Below, one piece after another: positions 30,136 to 44,059 of a stretch of 64,000 bases of DNA. Positions within the stretch are counted from its first letter, which is position 1. The number at the start of each line of letters is the position of its first letter. The notes under the pieces are model-generated. The model was not told where the DNA came from, did no database searches, and worked only from the letters and a program-made list of their open reading frames with translations. This DNA comes from Eledone cirrhosa (lineage: Eukaryota). The stretch spans positions 30,442,001-30,506,000 of the forward strand of contig OZ024755.1 in the NCBI GenBank assembly GCA_964016885.1, given 5' to 3'. A program made the position numbers and the translations under genes.

Positions 30136-30940
30136 TTTCGTTTCTGAATTTATAGAATTCTGTATAGATAAGAAATGTTTAATCTGTAAACTAAGCCCCC
30201 GTGTTAACTGTAAAACTAGAAATGTAGTATATAGCATAAGATGTACTGAAGGACAATGTAGAAATAAGAATATAGTGTACATAGGTGAGACAGCTCGTAG
30301 TATATGAGAACGGATAAATGAACACTGGCGAGAGCTTCAAGATAGTTATGAATCGTCTGTACTCCACCAACATGCTAGAATAGAACATAAGGGTAAATTA
30401 GAGAACATAGAAATAAAAATAGAATCTACACACAGAAAAGACGCAATGTTTAGACAAATCACAGAGGCAATAAACATAAATGAATTACAACCAAAATTAA
30501 ATAGAAAACATGAATGGAATAGCAACATCACAACTTACAATTAAGGACAAAATGAAAAAACACACACACATAGAACAAACAACCAACCAGTAACATGTAA
30601 ATAAACAAATAAATAAACAAATATAAACACACACACAGACACCCGGATGTAACACATGCGCAAACTAAGCACACAACACACACAAAAACAAGATGGCGTA
30701 GGACAGAACAAAGGAGAGGCACAAAAACAAAGAAAAGAATTCCCAGTCACTGAAGAGGTCACAGAATGTGTGACGAAAGAACTTTGACAATATATAAACA
30801 ATCATCTGGTTGTGGAACCAACCAACCGGAAATTCATAAATTCTTAAATTTATAAATTTAATTTATAATAAATTGAAGTGAAAGCAACTGGTGCATGTGT
30901 TTCTTATTGGCAACATGACCCTCCCAAAGTATAACAATAT
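30136..30940 (+). mobile_element. Neptune-like Penelope element, 5'-truncated: GIY-YIG pseudo-ORF, 3' UTR with HHR, inverted tail at the 5' junction
   Basis: VNCKTRNVVYSIRCTEGQC..IVYIGETARSI*ERINEHW..SVLHQH..H..RQITEAINI.ELQPKLNRKHEW; 30136-30190 is an inverted copy of the tail seen at 16560-16608. Confidence 0.9.
30746..30788 (+). ncRNA. Type I minimal hammerhead motif (family B) in PLE 3' UTR
   Basis: gtca-CTGAAGA-g-gtcaca(gaatg)tgtgac-GAAA-gaac-TT-tgac. Confidence 0.8.
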
Positions 30941-30949
30941 ATATATATA

Positions 30950-31367
30950 TATAAAGAATGAATAATAACAGGTAGACATCATAAAAAGGTAATTTATTCC
31001 GTGTGCTTACAAATGTTTCCACGGTGGTACTACAGCCTAGTTATGCTATGTGCAAATTTATTCTGCTCTGAGGATACGGTGGTCATAGCATTGGATATTT
31101 GAGTTCTGCAAATAGTTGTAAATTTGCACATAGCATAACTAGGCTGTAGTACCACTGTGGAAACATTTGTAAGCACACGGAATAAATTACCTTTTTATGA
31201 TGTCTACCTGTTATTATTCATTCTTTATATACACTCCGGAATACAGAAGGATCAGGAACTAAGTTTCTTCAACAATTCTTCCATAACTCTTAGAGTAACT
31301 TCTCACCGTACGTCAACCATATCCAGTGTAGTAATTAACCATTACTACATCTAGGATAATCCTATAC

Positions 31368-31370
<3 letters not shown>
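30950..31370. mobile_element. Fold-back element with 3' half-hammerhead (GAAAC-attt-GTA)
   Basis: ~105-bp inverted arms at 30950-31058 and 31120-31228, (TA)n flanks. Confidence 0.6.
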
Positions 31371-31433
<63 letters not shown>

Positions 31434-31479
31434 TAAAAGATCGGAGGCTATATTCAGTTGATTCAGGTTTATTTAAAAC

Positions 31480-31540
31480 TTCGTTATACACATTTCACTG
31501 AGGACTATCAGTTATGATAGTCTGAGCTCTTTAGACGGAA
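31480..31540 (-). ncRNA. Degenerate hammerhead motif (family H)
   Basis: Minus strand: ttccgt-CTAAAGA-gctca-gactatca(taac)tgatagtc-ctcagt-GAAA-tgtgta-TA-acgaa; G5 is mutated. Confidence 0.5.
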
Positions 31541-32203
31541 AAACCTAAAATAAATATTGAAAGTTCATACATAAAAAAAACCTTTAAATTTGGAGAAGTC
31601 CAATTTCTACCTTATACTACTCCCCTCTCTTTCTCTCTTTGCGTCTGCTGCCTACGTGGATCTATGTGTGCGTAATGTTATGCTGTATATGTGTGTATGC
31701 TTGTGTGTGTTTGTGTGAATGTATGTCTGAGTGTATTTTTGTAAGTGGGTCTGCATTTGCAAGTTTATATTTATAAATGTATGCATATGCATATACACAC
31801 ACGCACACACATATATACATCCGCGTCAGTGTTGAAAAAATTCATTGTATAACAAAATTTGTGTTGCCTTTATAACACGTAACATCATGTAATACGTTTG
31901 AGGAGTATTTTAATACAGTTGATGTAATGCAAATCATTATAGGTGGGAGGATTTAATGGAATGCAGCCTGTGGCATTACATCCTTTGTCTTTCGCTTCCG
32001 TTTCCGTTTACATATTCACGAAAGACCCTTGAATATTCAATGTTAGTCAAGTTTGTATAAGAAGTAGTGTTTATATATGCATATATATATATATTTATTG
32101 TAATAAAATGAAAACGAAATTTCATTTCTCACTCTTAGTACGGCACTTACTTAAATGTAAGTATGTATGTATACGTACATATATGTATGTGTACCTGTAT
32201 GTA

Positions 32204-32234
<31 letters not shown>

Positions 32235-32441
32235 GCATGCTACTGTACGTCTGTATACATATATGTATGTACGTATACATACATACTTATATATTTATTT
32301 ATTATAAACAACATAAGATAATTATTTCATTTACAAGTGGTTTCTTGAAGGCAGATGTTATATCTGTCTTTTTGTCTGTACCTTTCCGACGAAAATACTT
32401 CGTGTGTGTGTGTGTGGGTGTGGGTGTGTGTGTGTGTGTGT

Positions 32442-32484
<43 letters not shown>

Positions 32485-32759
32485 GCGTGTGCGTGTGCGC
32501 GCATGCAATATTTGTATACAAATTACAGATTGCTCTTCTGTGCTTTGCGATTTTGCTAAGAATCTTCTTAGCGCTGTCACTGGAAAAGGTCCAGTAGTTC
32601 TAAATATTGTAGAAACTCTGGCATTCGTAGAAATGAGATACGCTCTAATAGGGGATATTTTATCACATATTGTTGACGGCATAATATATACAATTTGTAA
32701 ATTATAATGTAAATTTTATTAGATTTATTGTAAAAAAATTGAAGTGACTTTTGTGGTTA

Positions 32760-33025
32760 TAAAAACGGAAAAGTAAGGGAAAAGCAAGGGCTCGATGGTC
32801 CCAGAAAAATGGAAAGCGGCAAGGTGATGGGATCTAGGCATAGGGCGCTGCGGTATTGGGGCTGCGCCTCAAAAGCGTTCCCGCAGCGTGCAATATCAAG
32901 CCACACCCACTGCAACAGCCACCCCACCTCGCGGGGCTCCATCCTCAGACGGGCTACTGACGTTCCGATCTTGTGGAAGAGCTCAGCAGTACGGTGACTG
33001 GTGCGAAGAGAAAGCGACCGGGCAA
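32760..33025 (-). mobile_element. CRE-like non-LTR retrotransposon C-terminal fragment
   Basis: GC-rich island; LFHKIG..EPREVGWLLQWVWLDIARCGNA resembles the EPRE..L.QR.S..I.RGNA end of CRE restriction-like endonucleases. Confidence 0.55.
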
Positions 33026-33500
33026 TATATATATATTTCTGCAAAGAATATAGATCTATAACGCTATATAGAATGTGTCCATGGATGTTTATTTTAATGC
33101 ATATTGAAATATATCCCCCGTTTATTTTATGTTAAAGTATTTGTATATTACCGCTCTGAAATATAAATCCTTATTATTTCTTTCAGACGTTTTTGTGAAG
33201 TAGTATTTTCATTATATCAACGAAACATTTCTTTCTTACAATAATATATATAATAACCATACTTTCGAATTTAAATCTTAATGTTATATTCTTAATGTAG
33301 ATTCCTCAAGTTATAGAAAAATAGTGTAGACATCTTCATATATGTTCTAGTTTGTACTTGGCATTATGTTTATACCTACATAAATATATATATGAAAAGA
33401 GTCAGGACCCCAACGGCTGAGCTCCGGGTGTTTCGACACACATATATATATATAGAGAGAGATTTTGACATATGTACTTGTCTATACCATACTAATTCAA

Positions 33501-33555
33501 ACTGCCTGAAGAGGTCACAGCCAAAGATGGCTGTCACTGAAATATATATAGCAGT
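33501..33555 (+). ncRNA. Type I hammerhead motif (family C)
   Basis: actgc-CTGAAGA-ggtcacagcca(aaga)tggctgtcact-GAAA-tatata-TA-gcagt. Confidence 0.85.
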
Positions 33556-33599
33556 AATAAACGAAGCTAAATTTTAATCATTTGACTGTTATTTAACTT

Positions 33600-33676
<77 letters not shown>

Positions 33677-33679
<3 letters not shown>

Positions 33680-33722
33680 ATAATATATGAGAAGACTAAA
33701 ATCCGAAGAGGGCTCGATAAGG

Positions 33723-33783
<61 letters not shown>

Positions 33784-33912
33784 TATATATAAACCCGTAG
33801 AGCAAATATTTATTATAAGTTTAAACATTCACCCTTAACGGGATCCTCTGAAAGTCAGAAGATCCTGTTAAGGGTGAAAACAGCGATTCTTTGCTCAAAC
33901 TTTAATCTGATC
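33677..33912. mobile_element. Fold-back element family D (CAGAAGA hammerhead variant)
   Basis: Inverted tail gtaataat..gaagactaaaatccgaagagggctcgataagg plus the forward HHR segment; also at 6617-6735, 29419-29505, 29766-29825, 42480-42600, 54476-54600. Confidence 0.7.
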
Positions 33913-33921
33913 TTATAATAA

Positions 33922-34020
<99 letters not shown>

Positions 34021-34829
34021 TGCGTGCGTAATTTGGCATTATTAGATCGTAGAGTAAGGGATTCGAAGCAATCACAATAGTCCCTGGTTTGAGCCTACTT
34101 CATAGCGTCTTGTACATGAGTCTTTTATTATATCCTCGGGCTGAACCAAGCCGTGTAACTAAAATGGGTTGGGTACCTACCAGGTTGATTGTAATTGTAA
34201 TCCAAATATTCGGCTTTATCACTGTGTATCGCATTGATTCTGTTTGGGGTATACATTGAATATATACGTGTTTGGGAAAAACTTGGCCACTTACACATAT
34301 TAATACAAAACAATGATCCGGTAGTTTTGTTAGTGAACAACTGAATACTCATCACGGAAGTGACGGACATCTATATACCTGTTTGTAGTGGTTATATGGT
34401 GTGTGTGTATATGAATGTGTGTGTGTGTGGTAGAAAGAGCATGCTCTATATGTTATTTCCCAATTCTTGTTGTTCTACTAGGAAGCAATAACAGTAATGT
34501 ATCTAAAATCAATATAATATATAAATATTTGCATTGACATGCCTGAAACACGAGTTGTATTTGTTCTTTTTATCCCAATCTTACTTTATATCGAGATTGT
34601 ATTACACATAGGAAGTTTGTTATGTTATTTTTGATTTTGTTTAGCTGCCCTACCGTCCCTGAACAGGTAGGGGTGTACTGGGTAGGAGTATCCCGTGCTT
34701 TTCATTGACATTGCGTATTTATGTCCACCATACCCAATATGTCCTGACATGACATGCTATCAAGACGTTAAGATATATTAAAGACAATTGAGTTACTTCT
34801 TTTAATAGATGGATAAAATATATTTACAT

Positions 34830-35785
34830 AATTGTTTCTACGTTTTGGCACAAGGCCAGCAATTACCCAGTGCATTACTGGTACTTTATTTTATCGACCC
34901 CGTAAGGATGAAAGGCAAAGTTGACCTTGGCGGAATTTGAACTCAGAATGGCAAGGGCCGTAACTCTATACGTCAAAGCATGGCGTCCGACCCTCTACCA
35001 ATACTGCCAATTTACATAATGATCCATCGAAAGCTCTTTCGATGGATCATTATGTAAAGATGTTTTCGCGGATTGGCAGTATCGGTAGAATGTCGGACAA
35101 CATGTTTTGAGGCATAGGGTTATGGCCCTTTACGCTCTGAGTCCAAATCCCGCCGGGGTTAACTTTGCCTTTCATCCTTACGGGGTCGATAAAATAAAGT
35201 ACCAGTAATGCACTGGGGTAATTGCCTGTCTTGTGCCTAAAGTAGAAACAATTATGCAAAGATGTTTTGTTACTAACGTCTCTTATTGTTTCATACTCAC
35301 TTTATTAGTCTTATATTTCAAGATATTCTGAAATATAAATAGGAAGATTTGTATATTAATTTTTGGACGACCACATTTTATCGAAGTATTTCAATCCCAT
35401 GTATTATATATATAATTGTTTCTACTTTTGGCACAAGGCCAACAATTATCTCAGTGTATTACTGGTACTTTATTTTATCGATCCCGTAAGGATGAAAGGC
35501 AAAGTTAACCTAGGCGGGATTTGAACTCAGACCATAAAGGGCCGTAACTCTTTGTTGTAAAGCATGGCGTCCGACACTCTACCGATACTGCCAATCTACC
35601 GCCCTACATATATAATGGTTTCTTATATAGGCACAATGCCAGTAATTGGGGGGGGGGGAGTGACTGGTACTTTATTTTATCGACTTCATAAGGATGAAAG
35701 GCAAAGTTAACCTCGGCAGGATTTGAGCTCAGATCATAAAGAGCCGTAACAGTATGCTGCAAAGCATGGCGTCCAAACCTCTACC
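34830..35785. mobile_element. SINE family 1 cluster (34830-35010 -, 35068-35253 +, 35413-35605 -, 35614-35785 -)
   Basis: Consensus matches; TSDs tttacataat and attatg(t/c)aaagatgtttt visible. Confidence 0.9.
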
Positions 35786-35954
35786 AATCCCAAAGGTAAG
35801 GTCTCCTTCCGAGGAAAACATGCGTAAAGATCGGCGGATCACTCTGGATGTTCTCTGCATTTTGGTTCCTGAGGTTTCCCGAAGCATCATCCACAGGATT
35901 TTAACGGAAAAGTTGCAATATCGGAAGGAGACCTTACTTTTGGGATTGCCCTCG
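35785..35954 (+). mobile_element. Mariner deletion derivative with a transposase HTH fragment
   Basis: Inverted ends caatcccaaaggtaaggtctccttccga / tcggaaggagaccttacttttgggattgccctcg|ta; RKDRRITL....VPEVSRSIIHRILTEKLQYRK is a mariner N-terminal motif. Confidence 0.8.
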
Positions 35955-36556
35955 TATGTACATTAATAGTTTAAATAAAACCAAAGAGTTAGGGCATTTG
36001 TACACTTACAATTGTTTCTAACTGTATTCAGCCACGTAGCATGGTGTCTGATGCTCTACCGATACTGCCAATCCACCAGCTTTATTTAAAGTATGATAAA
36101 ACCAAGCATACATTAACCGTGTAAAACGTGCGTCCATCCCCATGGAAGGGGCTATGTCTATCCAGATTCCATTTGTAGGGGAATATCCTTCTATTTATAA
36201 GCGAATCAATAAACACTATTCGGTTTATCATTGGCATGTAACGTATTCGATTTCTAAAGCTACATGTTTGGAATTCAAATTCTACTGCAGACAACTCTGT
36301 CTCCAAACATGGCGAGCTGGATGACATAATAAAAATTGAGCCCTTGGGTCAATTTAAATGACATTATCCATCTTCCAAATTCGATATCATAGATATCCTG
36401 AGTAAATATTTGGACTGAATACAGAAAATAGGAAAACATCGGATAGCATCCATTTTTATTTTATATTCACTTATATAATTTTATATATTTATCTATTGAC
36501 TAAGCATTCTTTATGTCTACTGTCGTTATCTTTCAACTTATCAGGGATCGATAAAA

Positions 36557-37960
<1,404 letters not shown>

Positions 37961-38620
37961 ATGTATGTATGCATGTATGTAAGTATGTATGGCTATCGAT
38001 AGTATTGATGTGGAAAGGAATACGACTAAAGCGGCCATCACTAACCATTTTCTCCCCACACTACAAATTAAGAAATCAATATTGGAGTTAGAAATAAGTT
38101 AGAAATGTCGAATGGTAAATCTATTTTCCGCATTCTTTTGATCCTGTGTACGTCAGTGTTAATCGCATATGCTAATTTCGTCTTGTAAACAACATTTCAA
38201 TAACAGCTAAATGTTTTCCATGACACAAAAGTCATAGAAACATCCGTGATATTTTCATATAAGGTCGAGTGATAATGGTCTTTTTGAACTCTGCGTTCTG
38301 TGTTTGGTCGGCGTGTTTATTGAAACAGAAAATGAATATTGTACAATAATGATGTGGTGATGTAAGTTAATTTTCAATGTACATTTCCATTACGATATAT
38401 TTAGACTATTTTATTTAATATATAAATATGTGTATATGTGTAAGTGTGGGTGTATGTTTGTGTCAGTTTTCGTGTTTGCATTGGCTTCTGTGCTGCTGTG
38501 TAAGACTTTAGGTGTATTCGAGTAGAGGTATATTCGCCTATATGTATTATTCCTGTTCTGCTTTCCAGCATATATAAGTTCCCCACATACATTGATACAC
38601 ATCTATATGTATATAATTAA

Positions 38621-38665
<45 letters not shown>

Positions 38666-38674
38666 TATATACTT

Positions 38675-38970
38675 ATTGTTATACTTTGGGAGGGTCATGT
38701 TGCCAATAAGAAACACACGCACCAGTTACTTTCACTTCAATTTATTATAATAAATTTATAATAAATTTATAAATTTATAAATTTATAAATTTCTGGTTGG
38801 TTGGTTGGTTCCACAACCAGATAGTTGTTTATATATTGTCATAGTTCTTTCGTCACACACTCTGTGACCTCTTCAGTGATTGGCAACATGACCCTCCCAA
38901 AGTATAACAATATCGGTTTCAACACACGATTTCAGATAAAGAATCTTGCTAAACAAATTCAGAAACGAAA
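38675..38970. mobile_element. Neptune-like pLTR, inverted plus forward pieces; HHR family B on - at 38838-38880
   Basis: Matches 30746-30937 in reverse, then the forward tail. Confidence 0.8.
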
Positions 38971-39005
38971 TATATATACTTAATTATATACATATATATG
39001 TGTAT

Positions 39006-39061
<56 letters not shown>

Positions 39062-39380
39062 CAAAGGAATTGTGGTAAGGAACCAAATGGACCATAACGC
39101 ACCAGAGTACTCAATACTTAGGGTAGTAGAGTGAGAAATAGGAAAAAGTATGACCCCGACGGCAGAGCTCGAGCCGTTATATATACTTAATTGTATACAT
39201 ATATATGCGTATCAATGTGTGTGTGGAACTTATATATGCCGGAAAGCAGTACAGGAATAATACATATAAGCGAATATACTTCTACTCGAATACACATGAA
39301 AATAGCCGTCGAAACGGCTTGAGCTCTGCCGTCGGGGTCATCCTTTGTCCTATATATATATATATATTTATATATATGTG

Positions 39381-39454
<74 letters not shown>

Positions 39455-39457
<3 letters not shown>

Positions 39458-39710
39458 TGGAGGAGTAGTAGTTATTGATGTCGAATTGGATAAAACGGCA
39501 ATGTTCCTTGTTCCATATGCCGTTGAACCAATCAATCACCGCAAAAGAGTTATTCCACAGTGCAAGAGGGGCCAAACTCCTAATTTCGGGTATAATTCTA
39601 TCTAAAATCCTCTTACTAAGTCTACCTAAATCAGACATCGTAGGGTTAATTAGCCGGATAGAGGGGTTGTTGGCGAAATTGGGTTTGTGATCCTTCAGGG
39701 TAAAGTGTGG
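39455..39710 (-). pseudogene. Penelope-like reverse transcriptase fragment (Naiad-like clade)
   Basis: FTLKDHKPNFANNPSIRLINPTMSDLGRLSKRILDRI..LWNNS..VIDWF..I.NK...FIQFDINNYYSSI (PLE RT motifs including FDI..Y.SI). Confidence 0.8.
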
Positions 39711-39777
39711 GGGGGGGGGTCCGGTCCTGAATGTTGAGTTCAGAAGTGATCTTAAACCCAGCATCGTTGATGTCAGT

Positions 39778-39965
39778 AACTGTTTCTACTTTTGGCACAA
39801 GGTCAGCAATTATCCCAGTGTATTACTGGTACTTTATTTATCGATCCCCGTAAGGATGAAAGGCAAAGTTAACCTCGGCGGGAGTTGAACTCAGACCATA
39901 AAGGGCCGTAACTCTTTGCTGCAAAGCATGGCGTCCAACCTTCTACCGAGACTGCCAATCCACCT
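39778..39965 (-). mobile_element. SINE family 1 copy
   Basis: Consensus match. Confidence 0.9.
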
Positions 39966-40058
39966 GACACTCCGATTGAATTTCCGGTAATCCTTAGCTA
40001 CAGCATAATAAATAAATATATATATATACACATATGTGTGTGTATATATATATATATA

Positions 40059-40087
<29 letters not shown>

Positions 40088-40095
<8 letters not shown>

Positions 40096-40661
40096 ATACT
40101 TTGGGAGGGTCATGTTGCCAATAAGAAACACACGCACCAGTTTCTTTCACTTCAATTTATTATATATTTATAAATTTATAAATTTACAAATCTACAAACT
40201 TATAAATTTCTGGTTGGTTGGTTGGTTCCACAACCAGATAGTTGTTTATATATATAGTCATAGTCCTTTCGTCACACACTCTGTGACCTCTTCACACAAA
40301 CACACACAGACACCCGGATGTGGCACATGCGCAAACTGAGCACACAACACACACACAGAAACAAAATGGCGTAGGATAGAAGAAAGAAAAGGCACAGAAA
40401 CGAAGAAAGGAATCCCCAGTCACTGAAGAGGTCACAGAGTGTGTGACGAAAGGACTATGACTATATATATAAACAACTATCTGGTTGTGGAACCAACCAA
40501 CCAACCATAAATTTATAAGTTTGTAGATTTGTAAATTTATAAATTTATAAATATATAATAAATTGAAGTGAAAGCAACTGGTGCGTGTGTTTCTTATTGG
40601 CAACATGACCCTCCCAAAGTATAACAATATCGGTTTCAACACACGATTTCAGATTCAGAAA

Positions 40662-40663
<2 letters not shown>
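40088..40663. mobile_element. Neptune-like pLTR fold-back (inverted 40088-40293 plus forward 40294-40663); HHR family B at 40418-40462 +
   Basis: ~205-bp near-perfect inverted arms; agtca-CTGAAGA-g-gtcaca(gagtg)tgtgac-GAAA-ggac-TA-tgact. Confidence 0.85.
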
Positions 40664-40735
<72 letters not shown>

Positions 40736-41203
40736 GCATATATACACATATATATTTATATACATATGCATATATATATATATTATATATATATATATAT
40801 TGTTATACTTGGGGAGGGTAATATTTGTGTAATATTGCCAGAATTAATAACAGAACACACTCACTGTTTGGTTGGTTTTCGCTTCTCGCTTCTGTGTCTC
40901 TTATATCGGTAATCTAACTTAATCGGTCCTCAATGTTGCCATATATATATATATATATATATACAAGGGCTGGGTGTGAATCCGTATAAACTCTTTTTCA
41001 GACACACAGTACATTGGACACATCAGCATATTTACTGTGAAAACGTTAGATAAATGATCACCGTTTTACAGAAACTAACATATCTAAATATAGATGTTTT
41101 GGTAGTCGTGTATCGATTAAAATTCAAAAGCTGGATAAGCGAAAACATTAGGACTTGCTTCACTGAAAAGAAGTAGACAATAGTGTACCTCTTGAAGAAT
41201 CTC

Positions 41204-41247
<44 letters not shown>

Positions 41248-42433
41248 ACTGACATTCTATTTATGTATGTATGTGGTTGTGTGTCTTACCTATTTGCTTC
41301 TATATATTTATACACACATACATACATACACATATTTATATATTAAATATATATATACATTAAATATATATATTTATATATACTCATTAAATATATATAT
41401 ATATTCATTAAATATATTAAATATATATATATATGTGTATATAAAAACAAAAGAATTGTGGTAAGGAACCAGATGGACCATAACACACCAGAGTACTCGA
41501 TACTTAGGGTAGTAGAGTGGGAAATAGGAAAAAGTATGACCCTGACAGCAGAGCTCAAGCCGTTTCGACGGCTATTTCTGGACCAGAAATAGCCGTCGAA
41601 ATGGCTTGAGCTCTGCCGTCGGGGTCATACTTTTTCCTATATATATATATACATTAAATATATATATATATAGATATAGATATATACATGATGTAGTGGC
41701 CAGGATATTCCGATTATGATTTGAAAGTCTTGAGATCGATTCCCGTTGACGCAGTTTGTCCTGAAATAAGATATCATATTTTACATTGCTGCCGTCCACT
41801 CAGTCTGCTAAAAATTAATTATATCAGTCGACCAGTCTTACATCATGTGTCATCCTGAATCTGCCTCATAAATTACTTTAATGATACTCAACCACTTGGG
41901 CGTTAATTTCATTGGTCAAACCATTGAAACACTCGTCGTCGGAACCAAGGATTAGCGATGTTTGCCCTCTCCATTCAGCATAATAATTGAATATCAGAAA
42001 GACAATTGAATATCAGAAAGACATTTCAATTAAATAAAATTATAAACGTGCCGAGGAGATTGAGGCTGGTTCAATGACGATTGTTAATGCAATCTGTTCC
42101 AATCAAATGAATGACAACGCCAAAAATTAATGAAATAATATTAGAAATAGGCATGTAGTCGGAGGATAAAATCATTAACTCAAAAAATAATACCAACTTA
42201 ATCATAACGTTGTCAAGTACTACGGAAATAGTAAGACAGTTTCAATCTCATTCGGTTTCACAAATGAAATTTAGCTTGCTCTAATAGTTTCCAGATTTAG
42301 TGATAATCATTATATACATGTACTGTTTGTCTTGCTGCCTCATTCACTCCTACTCTCTCTCTCTCTCTCTCATTCGGTCTTTTTCTTCTACATACTCACA
42401 CACATACATATAAACACACACACATACACAAAC

Positions 42434-42464
<31 letters not shown>

Positions 42465-42538
42465 ATCGTCTTCCTGTCTTCCTCCGGTTGCAACGTTTTT
42501 TGAAATATCCACTTCTGCATTTACAGATTGACTTTGTT

Positions 42539-42589
42539 AGTTTCAGAAGATCCCGTTAAGGGTGAAAGCAGCGATTCTTTGCTTAAACT
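42539..42589 (+). ncRNA. Variant hammerhead motif (family D, core CAGAAGA)
   Basis: agttt-CAGAAGA-t-ccc(gttaa)ggg-t-GAAA-gca(gcgattctt)tgc-TT-aaact. Confidence 0.65.
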
Positions 42590-42600
42590 TTAATCTGTTA

Positions 42601-42660
<60 letters not shown>

Positions 42661-43056
42661 AACGAGTAGGACCCCGACGGCTGATCTCAAGCCGTTTCGA
42701 CGGCTAATTCTGGACTCTATTACCCACTCTACTACCCTAAGTATTGAGTACTCTGGTGTGTTATGGTCCACCTGGTTCCTTACCACATTTCCTTCGTTAT
42801 ATATATATATATATATTTGGAAAAAGGAAAACAATGACTTCACTTAAAGTTCTAAACAATTTAATTTTATAATATTATAATTTTACAAGTGAAGTCATTC
42901 TTTTCCTTTTTTCAAATATACCTAACTGTACCAGGGATTTCATACATTTCCCAATATATATATATATAGGTACGTTATTCCGGGTTGAATCGGAGGTAAC
43001 CACAGTAAGTAAGGTACTCAATACATTGCAGAGTATAAAAGTTTTAATATAGATGA

Positions 43057-43149
43057 GATTCTACGGGACTAGAACTGTTTCATTCTTGAGAAATCATCAG
43101 GATTCCTGATGATTTCTAAAGAATGAAACAGTTCTAGTCCTGTAGAATC
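43057..43149. ncRNA. Back-to-back family A hammerheads (+ 43101-43149; - ~43057-43105)
   Basis: Same motif as 18007-18105. Confidence 0.75.
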
Positions 43150-43152
43150 TCA

Positions 43153-43224
<72 letters not shown>

Positions 43225-43247
43225 TATACATATATATAAATATATAC

Positions 43248-43278
<31 letters not shown>

Positions 43279-43344
43279 CATATATATACATATACATATA
43301 TATAAATATATATATATACATATATATATACATATATATATAAA

Positions 43345-43380
<36 letters not shown>

Positions 43381-43500
43381 TTATTTATGCAATAAACAAC
43401 ACAATATAATTATTCCATTACCCAAGATTTCACGAAGTTAGACGATTCTAACAAAAGCGTCTGAATTCGTTCGTCAGAAGGAATCGTATATGTATATAAA

Positions 43501-43614
<114 letters not shown>

Positions 43615-43800
43615 AAATTAAGGGAATTCTTTGGTACCGTAAGATAAATTTGAATTGAAAAAGAGAAAGATTGACTCCACTGGCTGATATTCTGTAATAA
43701 TTCAAATCTTCACAAGTCGTTATTTTTATTGTAAAGATTTGAATTATTAATGAAGTAATTCTTTCCCTTTTTCAAATTTATATACATATATAGCTCTGTC

Positions 43801-43855
<55 letters not shown>

Positions 43856-44059
43856 GCGTGTGCGTGTGTGTGTGTGTGCGTGTATGTGTATGTGTATCAG
43901 TGTATGTATGCAGAGGTAATCCATGAGATCAAGCATTGACTGTGAGAGGTTATCAGAACTAATGGTGCTGTCTTCCCATCCGTTGAATGTTATTCTAAGT
44001 TTGTACCAAGGATATAAAACATTAAATAAGAGATAGCTGACACACACACACACACATAA

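Noticed and set aside
32522-32707. Plus-strand exon candidate DCSSVLCDFAKNLLSAVTGKG...
   Set aside because: Weak acceptor, no recognisable homology and no partner exons
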